From positions 7,347 to 71,346 of the IMG/VR virus record IMGVR_UViG_3300005937_000011: 64,000 nucleotides of DNA; one strand, written 5' to 3'. The position numbers and the translations under genes were made by a program. How positions within the stretch are numbered: position 1 is the stretch's first letter; every line of letters starts with the position of its first letter. Shown one piece after another: positions 37,109 through 45,829 of the stretch. The notes under the pieces are model-generated. The model was not told the origin of the DNA, searched no databases, and saw only the letters and a program-made list of their open reading frames with translations. Source of the DNA: a virus (lineage: Duplodnaviria > Caudoviricetes).

Positions 37109-37116
37109 AGGTGTTT

Positions 37117-37824
37117 ATGCCAAAAACATGGTCTATCCCATACAAACGTCTCGTCTTTGCTTATCTCAGCATGGCAGGCATTCTAGCCGCTTTTGTTCTC
37201 GTCGCACAAGGCGTCATTCAGTTCACGCTTTTTCGTGAGACATCAATTCGTGATCTTGCCTCAACCATGGCATTGCAAGAGCTGAGAACACAAGCAACAT
37301 TTCGCAATTCATTGCTCTCAATCCTTCCTGAGCCATACCAGAGTCAGATGAATGCATTAAAAGTGAAACCTATTGATGCACTCAAAAAGAACTTAAGTGA
37401 CATTGAAGGAACAAATCAGCTTTTAATTGGGCCTAGCACACCCAGCGACACAGCAGTCAAAATCCAGGCCTTGCAGTCTGACTTCTACAACATGGATCAA
37501 GCAGCACATCAGGTTTTGGCACTCATGAAAGCAGGAAACGCAAAAGATGCTGCCAAACAGGTTGCCATCATGTTCCCGCCTGAACAGCGCTATCTGCAAG
37601 GCACCTACAACGCGTATCAAAGTCTTACACAATCTGCAGATGACGAAGTGACTACAGCACGCATTTTAGAGGCAATGCTGTGTATAGCATCATTAGCACT
37701 ACTTGTGTTAGAAATCAAATTTGTAGTTCGTCCCGCTCTCGCAGACTATACAGAGTATAAGCTGCAAAAAGCAAAAGAAGAAGAAAAGCCAACAGCAAAT
37801 AAATCAGAGGAGGTATCATCATGA
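37117..37824 (+). CDS. TM-helical bundle-TM protein resembling a NarX/PilJ sensor module, with no output domain
   Basis: GAGGTG RBS, ATG 37117; LVFAYLSM..AQGVIQF..; C-terminal LLVLEIKFVVRP; only ~25 aa after TM2. Confidence 0.55.
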   Translation: MPKTWSIPYKRLVFAYLSMAGILAAFVLVAQGVIQFTLFRETSIRDLASTMALQELRTQATFRNSLLSILPEPYQSQMNALKVKPIDALKKNLSDIEGTNQLLIGPSTPSDTAVKIQALQSDFYNMDQAAHQVLALMKAGNAKDAAKQVAIMFPPEQRYLQGTYNAYQSLTQSADDEVTTARILEAMLCIASLALLVLEIKFVVRPALADYTEYKLQKAKEEEKPTANKSEEVSS

Positions 37825-38009
37825 GAGATCCACACACTACTTTATTCGCAATTGTCACCGTGGCATTTATTGCATTAGCAGCATTTTTAGTCTACATGGC
37901 AACTACAGCTCATAATGACCAATTGTTAAGCCTGGCAACTGGCATTATCGGTGCCCTTGTTGGTATGTGGCTGCCATCTCCAATACAAGCAAAGGGAGGC
38001 AGGAATTGA
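37821..38009 (+). CDS. Small two-TM holin-like protein
   Basis: Two hydrophobic helices; coupled on both sides. Confidence 0.6.
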   Translation: MRDPHTTLFAIVTVAFIALAAFLVYMATTAHNDQLLSLATGIIGALVGMWLPSPIQAKGGRN

Positions 38010-38761
38010 GCAAGTATCGAAGAGGTTGGATCAAGGACACCCCGGACCAGAGAGACCATCTCTACTCAGCACCCATAGAACGTCTTGCCAGTTTGCCACC
38101 GAGTGTAGATTTACGTCCTGGGTGCCCACCTGTGGAGGACCAGTTAAATTTGGGCTCGTGCACAAGCTTTGCCACCGGGGCAGCCATCCGATTTGCGCGG
38201 AAGAAACAGGGACTGCCGGACTTCGTTACTTCTCACCTGTTTCTCTACTACAATTCAAGAGCAATGGAAGGCACAACCAATAGCGATTCAGGCGCTATGA
38301 TAAGAGACGTCATCAAAAGCGCGAGTACTCAAGGCGACTGCCCAGAGTCTGAATGGCCTTATACCATCAGCAAATTTACGGTGAGGCCACCTCAAAAGTG
38401 CTATGTCGATGCACTGAAAGACAGGGCTTTGTCTTACCAGCGAGTAACACGTTCTCTTAGCCAGATGAAAGGTTGTCTAGCATCTGGTTTCGTCTTTGTC
38501 GCTGGTATCAGTGTCTACGAGAGCTTTGAAAGTGAAGAGGTTGCGAAGACTGGTATAGTGCCTATACCACAACACGGTGAGCAACTTTTAGGCGGACACG
38601 CAGTCACATGCGTAGGATTTAGGGATGACACGCAAAAGTGGATTTTTCGCAATAGCTGGGGATCTTCATGGGGAGATCAAGGGCATTTTTACCTTGATTA
38701 CGCTTATCTCCTGAGTAGCGGGCTTTCTTCCGATTTTTGGGTTATCAAGACCATAGGGTAG
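38006..38761 (+). CDS. Papain-like cysteine peptidase (family C1)
   Basis: LPPSVDLR, DQLNLGSCT (Gln/Cys), GGHAV (His), RNSWG (Asn); probable TTG start at 38006. Confidence 0.92.
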   Translation: MSKYRRGWIKDTPDQRDHLYSAPIERLASLPPSVDLRPGCPPVEDQLNLGSCTSFATGAAIRFARKKQGLPDFVTSHLFLYYNSRAMEGTTNSDSGAMIRDVIKSASTQGDCPESEWPYTISKFTVRPPQKCYVDALKDRALSYQRVTRSLSQMKGCLASGFVFVAGISVYESFESEEVAKTGIVPIPQHGEQLLGGHAVTCVGFRDDTQKWIFRNSWGSSWGDQGHFYLDYAYLLSSGLSSDFWVIKTIG

Positions 38762-38762
38762 C

Positions 38763-38790
38763 AAAAAAGGGAAGGTTTGTCGCCTTCCCT
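38763..38790 (-). terminator. Intrinsic terminator for the leftward lipoprotein operon
   Basis: AGGGAAGG/CCTTCCCT stem, with A6 on the plus strand. Confidence 0.7.
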
Positions 38791-38806
38791 CGCTCTTTCG
38801 TTCGTT

Positions 38807-39388
38807 CTAGCCTTTGTTTTTTAGATTGATTTGAACGCTAGAACTCCCTCCTGCGTCTTGTATTGAGCCGTCAGCACCAATGGTAACGGGATATGGAAGG
38901 GTAATTGTATCTGGTTCGGAGTAGACAGGAACCGTTTCACTTCCACCTCCTGGAAGAGATCGAACGCAGAGCACCTCTGTTGCATTTGTTGTTCCCGTAT
39001 ATAAGCCGTTTGGTTCAGCTTGCGGAATAACAACAGAAGGATCAGCAGTCGAACTTCCACTATGGACTTGTTCAGGATTTGTAACCTGTGTTGTATAGGG
39101 AATTGGGAACCCGATGCTTGGGCAAACAAAAATAGGCTTGCCCATACTATAGAAAACAGTCCAGGTATTCCCACCCTTCATGCGAAAATCATAAATCTGC
39201 TGATACTCATCACGTTCCGGAGAGTAATTATATTTATGAAGCGGCTGATTCTGTGAATAGATTGTTTGCTGATCATTGACCTGATTTGACTCATCTGATG
39301 TCTGCTCAGGTGTATAATCACACGCTCCAGCCGTCAAAAGCAAAAGCAACAAGATAAGTGATGGAATAACAATAAGCGTCTTTTTCAC
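38807..39388 (-). CDS. Phage lipoprotein
   Basis: Signal peptide with LTAGAC lipobox-like Cys; GFPIPYTTQVTNP and QAEPNGLY motifs. Confidence 0.75.
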   Translation of the reverse strand: MKKTLIVIPSLILLLLLLTAGACDYTPEQTSDESNQVNDQQTIYSQNQPLHKYNYSPERDEYQQIYDFRMKGGNTWTVFYSMGKPIFVCPSIGFPIPYTTQVTNPEQVHSGSSTADPSVVIPQAEPNGLYTGTTNATEVLCVRSLPGGGSETVPVYSEPDTITLPYPVTIGADGSIQDAGGSSSVQINLKNKG

Positions 39389-39398
39389 GAACTCTCTC

Positions 39399-39791
39399 CT
39401 ATCGTGTTGGAAACTGACTATAGAAACTCTGCAATTCAGGCATATCCTTCACAATTTGCGGATGTGAACACTGTGAAGCATTGAGCGCATTATAAATACC
39501 ACGTGCGCTCTGCTGATTTTGCGCTTGCAATTGCGGCTTCATACTTGCATAGTTTGGATCGGCTATCTCCAGATTGTTGTTGGAAATAGCGTCCAAATAG
39601 CCCTCGATTTTCGCCTTCTGTGTCGTGAGATATTGCGTATTGCACGTTTGCACATATCTCTCACTATTTGCTAGTGGCACTGCAAGGTGATAATTGCTCC
39701 AAACTGCAAAACCGATAACTCCTATAACAAATACAGCAGCTAATGCCAGTGTTAACAGCCAGGCTGTACCTAGCTCAAAAACCGATTTCAT
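39399..39791 (-). CDS. Single-TM membrane protein paired with the lipoprotein
   Basis: N-terminal hydrophobic helix; co-oriented with 10-bp gap. Confidence 0.65.
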   Translation of the reverse strand: MKSVFELGTAWLLTLALAAVFVIGVIGFAVWSNYHLAVPLANSERYVQTCNTQYLTTQKAKIEGYLDAISNNNLEIADPNYASMKPQLQAQNQQSARGIYNALNASQCSHPQIVKDMPELQSFYSQFPTR

Positions 39792-39909
39792 GATAACCCC
39801 TTTCAGGTATACAAACGAACATCACAACATGCCGTCAAACTGCTAGGACTCTCTTGTGTGCATCTCAGCACTATGGTAGAATGTCAGTACATCCATTCAG
39901 GAGACAGCC

Positions 39910-40218
39910 ATGCAGCAACAGCAATTCAAGAGCCCACTAACTACAGCACAATCAACTACGAATGACCCTGACGCCTTTCTCAACGATAACTTCCACGCGT
40001 CTCAATTCTACAAAAATGACACGTCCCCTCATGCTGCTCTGCAAAAGCCATGGCGTGAACCTATCCAGCCACCTGCCTATGCTCTACCTGAGCCAAGACT
40101 CAAACTACCTTCACTCTACGCTCTTGTAGGTGCTACATTTATAGTCCTTATATCTGGCTATGGCTTCATTGAGATATGCGTTCTGATGTGGCAAGCATTC
40201 TTGAAGGCTATCCACTAA
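39910..40218 (+). CDS. Hypothetical protein with C-terminal TM
   Basis: AGGAG RBS; TGgTAGAAT extended -10 upstream. Confidence 0.55.
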   Translation: MQQQQFKSPLTTAQSTTNDPDAFLNDNFHASQFYKNDTSPHAALQKPWREPIQPPAYALPEPRLKLPSLYALVGATFIVLISGYGFIEICVLMWQAFLKAIH

Positions 40219-40853
40219 TACTGCCTATCTTTCGTCCATACATCTTCACTTGCTATTTCGTCATGCACTACCATGACATCATAGTCAGCACCATCTTCAG
40301 CACAATCGAACGGTATCCTCTCTAGTCCATCTCTTGTGAAAAAATGCTTGAGCTGATAAACACTTTCAGGTAATGCAAGAAATCTGCTTATATTGATGAA
40401 AATACAGGAAGGATAGCAACCTCTCATAGTGTAGCATCGCTCGCTTAGCACTTTCATCAGCTCTAAAGTACTCGACTTACTATCGTATATCTTTAGAGAA
40501 AATGTTCTACCACGCTCTATTACGACATGATAGCCATTTTGCATAAAAGATGAGACAGGGATGAGCACCGTCTCATCGTCAAATACTGGAATTTTCTCTA
40601 GCCGTATTTTTCCTAGCCTCTTTTTTCTCTCTCGCTTCTCTGTCTCTATAGCCTTTAATACGGCTGTAGAGCGTAGATTACCGCTACTCTGTCTCTCTTG
40701 TGGCTCTTCTGAGAATAAGTCCTCTCTCAGCTTTGCTACTTTCAAGCGTCCACTGTTCCTCCTCTGCCAATCCAACAAAGCGCCTTTGATATCCTGTCCT
40801 GACTCTACTGTCCTCAAAAAGTCGCTTATAGAGGTGTCTTGCGGCTGTTGCAT
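40215..40853 (-). CDS. Hypothetical protein
   Basis: 212-aa ORF with AAGGAG RBS. Confidence 0.6.
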   Translation of the reverse strand: MQQPQDTSISDFLRTVESGQDIKGALLDWQRRNSGRLKVAKLREDLFSEEPQERQSSGNLRSTAVLKAIETEKRERKKRLGKIRLEKIPVFDDETVLIPVSSFMQNGYHVVIERGRTFSLKIYDSKSSTLELMKVLSERCYTMRGCYPSCIFINISRFLALPESVYQLKHFFTRDGLERIPFDCAEDGADYDVMVVHDEIASEDVWTKDRQY

Positions 40854-40905
40854 TCTTTGCTCCTTTGCTTGCGAGTGGTAATGTTGACATTACATTCAGT
40901 AGGGC

Positions 40906-40938
40906 AAAAATCGCCACCCTGTTTTTGAGAGTGGCGAT
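40906..40938 (-). terminator. Intrinsic terminator
   Basis: ATCGCCAC/GTGGCGAT stem, with A5 on the plus strand. Confidence 0.6.
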
Positions 40939-40953
40939 CTGGGGAAATGGAGA

Positions 40954-41211
40954 TCAGGAATTGGACGCCAAGAGCTTATCCAAGGTTGAGCGTTTTACAC
41001 GGTATGACTGTCTCAAGTTTGCATGAGGCAGTGAAACAGCGTTCAAAATACCGTTTTTTATCCATCTGCGAATAGTTGTCGCGTCACAACGCAAAATGTC
41101 AGCTATTTCAGAAACAGTCAAGAGAGGATCTGCATTCAAGCTTTCTGACTGTTCTGCATCCTGTTCCAATACTGAAAGTCCTGGGCCTTTTGGTAATCTT
41201 GGGCCTGTCAT
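40954..41211 (-). CDS. Excisionase-like MerR/HTH_17 DNA-binding protein
   Basis: LLTVSEIADILRCDATTIRRWIKNG.L..YRVKRSTL; AAGGAG RBS; TTGACA-17-TAATAT at 41263-41291. Confidence 0.85.
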   Translation of the reverse strand: MTGPRLPKGPGLSVLEQDAEQSESLNADPLLTVSEIADILRCDATTIRRWIKNGILNAVSLPHANLRQSYRVKRSTLDKLLASNS

Positions 41212-41265
41212 CTTGTATAATCTCCTTCTATGTTGTCTTCATTGGATACATCAGATGCATCTATA

Positions 41266-41796
41266 TTACACCGCATTGTCGCCTCTGTCAATATCAGGTT
41301 GTTCTAACATTAGAGAGAGTTGAATTATCTTCACGTTAGGCTTGCGTGATTGGCACCATTCAGCATAATCCGCAAGAGCCCTGATACGTTCAGGATCTTC
41401 ATCGAGTTTGCCTAGAGATGTATTGCAGTGGCTGCACAGGAGTGCACGAGGTTCCCCTGTCTTGTGATCATGGTCTACGGCTAGAGGATTGATTTCACCA
41501 TTTTTTGACCAAGGACGTTTTCGGGTTTCAGGCTGTTTGCATACTCTGCAGACACCTCCCTGCTCTTCAAGCATGCGGTCGTACTGTTGTGGAGTCATAC
41601 CAAATCTGCGAAGATTCTGCTTTCTCCACATTTCGGGAGTCGTATTGTCTCTTCGTTGCTTATTGCGGCAATCTCTGCACCAGCTATCAACTTTACCTGG
41701 ATGCTTGCTGTTTGTAGGAAATCTGTTAAAGGGGAGCCAACGTTCGCACTTGGAACACTGACTTTTGTAGACGTGATGAGGTATACTACTGTCCAT
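41266..41796 (-). CDS. Endonuclease VII-type HNH nuclease
   Basis: QGGVCRVC...LAVDHDHKTG..RALLCSHCN..LG...D. Confidence 0.88.
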   Translation of the reverse strand: MDSSIPHHVYKSQCSKCERWLPFNRFPTNSKHPGKVDSWCRDCRNKQRRDNTTPEMWRKQNLRRFGMTPQQYDRMLEEQGGVCRVCKQPETRKRPWSKNGEINPLAVDHDHKTGEPRALLCSHCNTSLGKLDEDPERIRALADYAEWCQSRKPNVKIIQLSLMLEQPDIDRGDNAV

Positions 41797-41921
41797 AACG
41801 GAAGTACCTTTCTGTTATCGGTCCTGGAGTATCGCAAGTACTGCCAGGACAAACCATATTCAAATTTACCTCTTCAGTATACCACGAATCGGCTCCAGAA
41901 GCAACTTTAGACCACTTTTGG

Positions 41922-42764
41922 CTAGACTTTTCTGTAAGGTGTACTCACTGCTTCAGTCCCATCACTTAGCGTCTTTACTTCATAGTCGCTAAACAACACT
42001 GGCTCAGCTTCTCTCAATGCATAGAACACTTTCATAGCTAATCGCCTTATCTCTATCTCAGCATGCTCGCTTGCTCTCATTTCCACAAAATGCCGCCATG
42101 CTCTCACGTTACCTGTAACACCTATTGGCGCTTCTGTTTCGTTTGGCAAGAGCGAGCGAGCCGCTTGGTTGACTTTCTTCCTCAGGTCCGTCTTTGCTTC
42201 AGCACTTAGAATGTTGTCTCCTGCCTTTTGCAAATCTATCAATATATGTGCAATATAATTATAGTCCTCTGCTGCATCATCAATACGCCTTTCAAACATC
42301 CAATGCAAGTCGTCGTTTGTCTGGTATTCAGGCCGCTCGACAAAACGAAGCAGCTTACCCGATACGTACCGTTGCGACACCTGAGAGTACGCGAAGCCTG
42401 ACCTATGTCTAACCAATTCATGTGTAAGACTTCTAGACACACCATAGAAGACAAACGTGTAATTCGCGTGCTCAATGATGGACCCGTGAGCTTGCATTTT
42501 CACGTTGTCGAAGTACCTATCTGCATCCTTGTTCCACGTGCGTTTCTCGCCAAACGAGAAATAGCAGAGTTGACCGAGCGTCTTGCATAGCTGGGTGCCA
42601 TCTGGAAGTTCGGCAGGATCGTTGATGTAGTCCTGAAATCCGAAGTCCTCCAGAAATGGCTCTAATGCTGAGAGATTTACCTGTGGTCTACTCCAGAGGA
42701 TAACACCCGGCTCTTTGAGATAGCGTGTCCCTTGTTGCGTCTGGTATACGGTTGGTTTACTCAT
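41922..42764 (-). CDS. thyX: FAD-dependent thymidylate synthase
   Basis: HGSIIEH, SRSLTHELVRHRS...SQRY, ARSLLPN, NVRAWRHF..MR..HAEIEIR. Confidence 0.95.
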   Translation of the reverse strand: MSKPTVYQTQQGTRYLKEPGVILWSRPQVNLSALEPFLEDFGFQDYINDPAELPDGTQLCKTLGQLCYFSFGEKRTWNKDADRYFDNVKMQAHGSIIEHANYTFVFYGVSRSLTHELVRHRSGFAYSQVSQRYVSGKLLRFVERPEYQTNDDLHWMFERRIDDAAEDYNYIAHILIDLQKAGDNILSAEAKTDLRKKVNQAARSLLPNETEAPIGVTGNVRAWRHFVEMRASEHAEIEIRRLAMKVFYALREAEPVLFSDYEVKTLSDGTEAVSTPYRKV

Positions 42765-42766
42765 TT

Positions 42767-42955
42767 TTACCTTCTTTCTTTCTCTCTCTTTGGCTGTACT
42801 GCTGATAGTAGCACATCATAAGCTCTTATCTTGCAATCACATGGTTTACTGCTTGGAAATCCTTGAAAGGTGATACCACTTTTATCTATCAATAAAACTT
42901 CATGACTGTGCATCGGTAACCCTGTCTTTTCGTCTCTCCAGATAGGCCTATTCAT
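42767..42955 (-). CDS. Hypothetical protein
   Basis: Operon continuity. Confidence 0.5.
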   Translation of the reverse strand: MNRPIWRDEKTGLPMHSHEVLLIDKSGITFQGFPSSKPCDCKIRAYDVLLSAVQPKREKERR

Positions 42956-42958
42956 TCT

Positions 42959-43258
42959 TCACTTCTTTCTTTCATTCTTACTCTCTTGCTCAGAATACCC
43001 CATCATCACTTCAGCTACACTATCCCTCACATCCTGAGTCCACCACTTGACATCATCGCATCTCAGACAATACTGTCTATCATCTACTACTACACCCAAC
43101 ATACATCCACACATTGGACATGCACATCTTATCTCATAAACACGGTATGGTGTTCCTACACGTATGATGGACTTGAGTTGAATGAGTAGACTGTCAAGCT
43201 GTTTGCTGAGAGATGCGTCTATTGCATCTCTTGTTTCGTAGTTGGCAAGTTTAGACAT
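42959..43258 (-). CDS. Zn-ribbon-like protein
   Basis: CPMC...CLRC. Confidence 0.55.
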   Translation of the reverse strand: MSKLANYETRDAIDASLSKQLDSLLIQLKSIIRVGTPYRVYEIRCACPMCGCMLGVVVDDRQYCLRCDDVKWWTQDVRDSVAEVMMGYSEQESKNERKK

Positions 43259-43260
43259 TG

Positions 43261-43446
43261 CTACAATCCTTTCGTATTTACGTTTCGCTCTGAGAGCCTC
43301 ACTATCGCGAAATCTGGGCGTTTATTTGCGTCCCTAGTGATAGACACCACTAAGCCTAGACAAGCGGTCTCTTGCGTCGCTACACGGCTCAGAAACAGCA
43401 TTGTCGATGTGTTCGGTGTCTCAACTGCCAATCCCATCACCATCAC
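43261..43446 (-). CDS. Hypothetical protein
   Basis: Coupled to tmk. Confidence 0.45.
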   Translation of the reverse strand: MMVMGLAVETPNTSTMLFLSRVATQETACLGLVVSITRDANKRPDFAIVRLSERNVNTKGL

Positions 43447-44063
43447 TCTTCAAAAATCGCCTCAACCAGCCTCACAACTTCATGATGTACAGCTTCCACA
43501 CTCTGAGTAGCATCTACCACTTTCATTCTCCTTGGACTGCTCTTAGCTCGTGCCAAGAATGCCGCTCTCAATTTGCTATGGAATGCCAAGCTCTCTGTAT
43601 CAAAGCGTGACGCATCTTCTGTGTTCTTCCTGAGTGCTACTTGCTCAGGTGGCAAATCCAGCAAGATAGTGAGATGCGGTTCTCGCAACTGCATACAGGC
43701 TCTGCTCAAGTGCTCGACAAAGCCAGTGCCCACGCCCCGGACATAACCCTGATAGGCAATGCTTGAGTCAAAACACCTATCGCAGATGACGACCTGGCTG
43801 GCATTGAGAGCCGGAATTACAACCTCAGTGAAGTGCTGAGCCCTGTCTGCTGCGAACAAGAACGCTTCAGCAAGTGGGCTCATTGGCCCAGGTGGCTCCA
43901 AGATGAGCTGACGGATAGCTGTACCTAGTGCCGTACCTCCGGGCTCGCGAGTTCGAACATACTCAATCTGCTGAGAGATGAGCCACTTTTCGAGTAGCTC
44001 AATCTGTGTTGTCTTTCCAGCTCCGTCTAAGCCTTCAAAGCTTATCAATTTACCTTTATGCAT
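43443..44063 (-). CDS. tmk: Thymidylate kinase
   Basis: LISFEGLDGAGKTTQ, TREPGGT, LFAADRAQH, VICDR..SSIAYQG. Confidence 0.96.
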   Translation of the reverse strand: MHKGKLISFEGLDGAGKTTQIELLEKWLISQQIEYVRTREPGGTALGTAIRQLILEPPGPMSPLAEAFLFAADRAQHFTEVVIPALNASQVVICDRCFDSSIAYQGYVRGVGTGFVEHLSRACMQLREPHLTILLDLPPEQVALRKNTEDASRFDTESLAFHSKLRAAFLARAKSSPRRMKVVDATQSVEAVHHEVVRLVEAIFEE

Positions 44064-44400
44064 TATTTACCTCATTTCTTGTTATATCGGGAAAGAATGA
44101 TAGATCTATATTGCACTCACCAAAACCTATTGTAACGAGATAGGCGACTCTGCCATGCCGCTTAGGCTCCGGTCCGCTTATGGGCTTGAATACAAATTGC
44201 TCTGAGATCTCTTTGAGAATGTCCTCAGGACTTGAGAGCTTCTCACCCCAGGGTACTGCTATGACATCGAAGTCTCTTGCTAAGCTACCGTGTACAGCCA
44301 GAGCATACCCGTGCTTGTGAAAAATCGCGCAAAGCTGAGGGTAGAGTGCTGCTGCGTATACTGCTGCATAGTTCGGCTTGATCTCTTCAGGCGTTTTCAT
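44056..44400 (-). CDS. Minimal nucleotidyltransferase-like protein
   Basis: AVHGSLARDFDVIAVP matches the hG[GS]x3-DxD motif. Confidence 0.5.
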   Translation of the reverse strand: MKTPEEIKPNYAAVYAAALYPQLCAIFHKHGYALAVHGSLARDFDVIAVPWGEKLSSPEDILKEISEQFVFKPISGPEPKRHGRVAYLVTIGFGECNIDLSFFPDITRNEVNNA

Positions 44401-44962
44401 CTCTATCCCAATCTAATTGCGGTTTTGGCAACATGTCAAAGGGTGACCATGCGCCTTGTCCATACTTCCCTTTGTACTCTTGTAGCGTCTCACCAACATA
44501 ATCAAACGTAAATTGACAAATGCGATAGCCAACGGGAATGCAGATAGTTGTCTGCGTGTGGTTGCTAATCTCCATTGTCCAGCGTCCGATGTAGCCAACG
44601 TCGCCAACACCAGCACAACGACATACAGACAATCCTGAGCGAGCTATGCTACTACGACAATACATCTTGCCGAGATAACCATTCTTCCCACCAATGTACT
44701 CGTCGGTGTGAGCCAGGATGGTTGTCCCTGGCCTCACCACTATCAACCCATCTCTATCTTGTGCATTGACAGGCTCACCCCAATACTTTTTGATGTCAGC
44801 CTCACTATCGATGTCCATCTCGGGTATGTTGTGATTACCCTGGAAGTACCACGAGCCCAAACGACAATCGTAGCTATTCGTGCCAAGTTGACGTTCGTCA
44901 AACGGCTCAATGACGATATTGCCATTTATGCGCTCTTTCAGGATATGGAAGTCTGATAACAT
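44387..44962 (-). CDS. dcd: dCTP deaminase
   Basis: NSYDCRLG, RSSIARSG, GVGDVGYIG..TMEI, ICQFTF, YKGKY. Confidence 0.9.
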   Translation of the reverse strand: MLSDFHILKERINGNIVIEPFDERQLGTNSYDCRLGSWYFQGNHNIPEMDIDSEADIKKYWGEPVNAQDRDGLIVVRPGTTILAHTDEYIGGKNGYLGKMYCRSSIARSGLSVCRCAGVGDVGYIGRWTMEISNHTQTTICIPVGYRICQFTFDYVGETLQEYKGKYGQGAWSPFDMLPKPQLDWDRDENA

Positions 44963-45280
44963 TTATTGTCCTTTTCTGCCTAAAATAATACGTAACCTGC
45001 CGACGTGAAACACCTGAGCAAAGAGCCGTGCGTCAAAGTCGTACACACCAACCTGGATACCGTGCCAATCGAAGAAATTGTGCTTCACTCCTGGTAGCGG
45101 CTTAGCCCAGGCAAACTTGATAGGCCACCATTTATAGCGATTGATTGCTTTCCACTTTCGTCCACAGTCATAGCAATGAACCTCATTAATGCCGTTTTTG
45201 AGCAGCCTGTGACCCAACGAGCGAACCTTGTAACGATTGGTTAGAATGTCGTCGATGTCACATGTTGTACATTTTCTCAT
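44963..45280 (-). CDS. Hypothetical protein
   Basis: CxxC pairs; coupled. Confidence 0.55.
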   Translation of the reverse strand: MRKCTTCDIDDILTNRYKVRSLGHRLLKNGINEVHCYDCGRKWKAINRYKWWPIKFAWAKPLPGVKHNFFDWHGIQVGVYDFDARLFAQVFHVGRLRIILGRKGQ

Positions 45281-45519
45281 CCTTCAAATTCTCCTATCCG
45301 CTTAAATTTCATCTCAGCCGCTGGCAAGCTCTCCTGTTCAATGATGACAAGACTGCTCAGTATCTCCGAGTACTCCTCTCCACACAGTCCACTATGCCCG
45401 CCGTAGATATCTTCAAACAGCTCTCTCAGTGGTTCCGAGAGAGAGTTGAGTGTGTCGCTAATCTGCTTGGTTAGCTCTCGAATACGCTGCTCATCTTGTG
45501 GTGTGTATTCTTTGCTCAT
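45277..45519 (-). CDS. Hypothetical protein
   Basis: AGGAG RBS. Confidence 0.6.
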   Translation of the reverse strand: MSKEYTPQDEQRIRELTKQISDTLNSLSEPLRELFEDIYGGHSGLCGEEYSEILSSLVIIEQESLPAAEMKFKRIGEFEG

Positions 45520-45520
45520 C

Positions 45521-45829
45521 CTATGCTCCTACACAGGTACATACCCATATACCCATTCTTGGATGCAATACAAACTCTTCAACGCTTCTACCACATATAC
45601 TCATCTCTATCCCTAGTGCCGTTTCTCTGACAGACTTACCACCACATTTACCATGCTCAGCACAATAGAGTGCACCACTTGGAGAGCGTCTTGTGGCAAG
45701 CTCGTCACATCCGGCCTTACAGCACTGTCCCAGTGGCTCAGCTATCATCACGTCCCCAGGTGGCTCAGGTGGCTCCATTGCGCTCTTGACTACGGCTGTA
45801 GGTGCTTCAAACATGGTTTCTTGTATCAT
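45521..45829 (-). CDS. Cys-rich hypothetical protein
   Basis: CCKAGC...YCAEH; coupled. Confidence 0.55.
   Translation of the reverse strand: MIQETMFEAPTAVVKSAMEPPEPPGDVMIAEPLGQCCKAGCDELATRRSPSGALYCAEHGKCGGKSVRETALGIEMSICGRSVEEFVLHPRMGIWVCTCVGA

Noticed and set aside
38807-39791. Two-component spanin
   Set aside because: It is on the opposite strand from the lysis genes with its own terminator, and lacks the long coiled-coil inner spanin.
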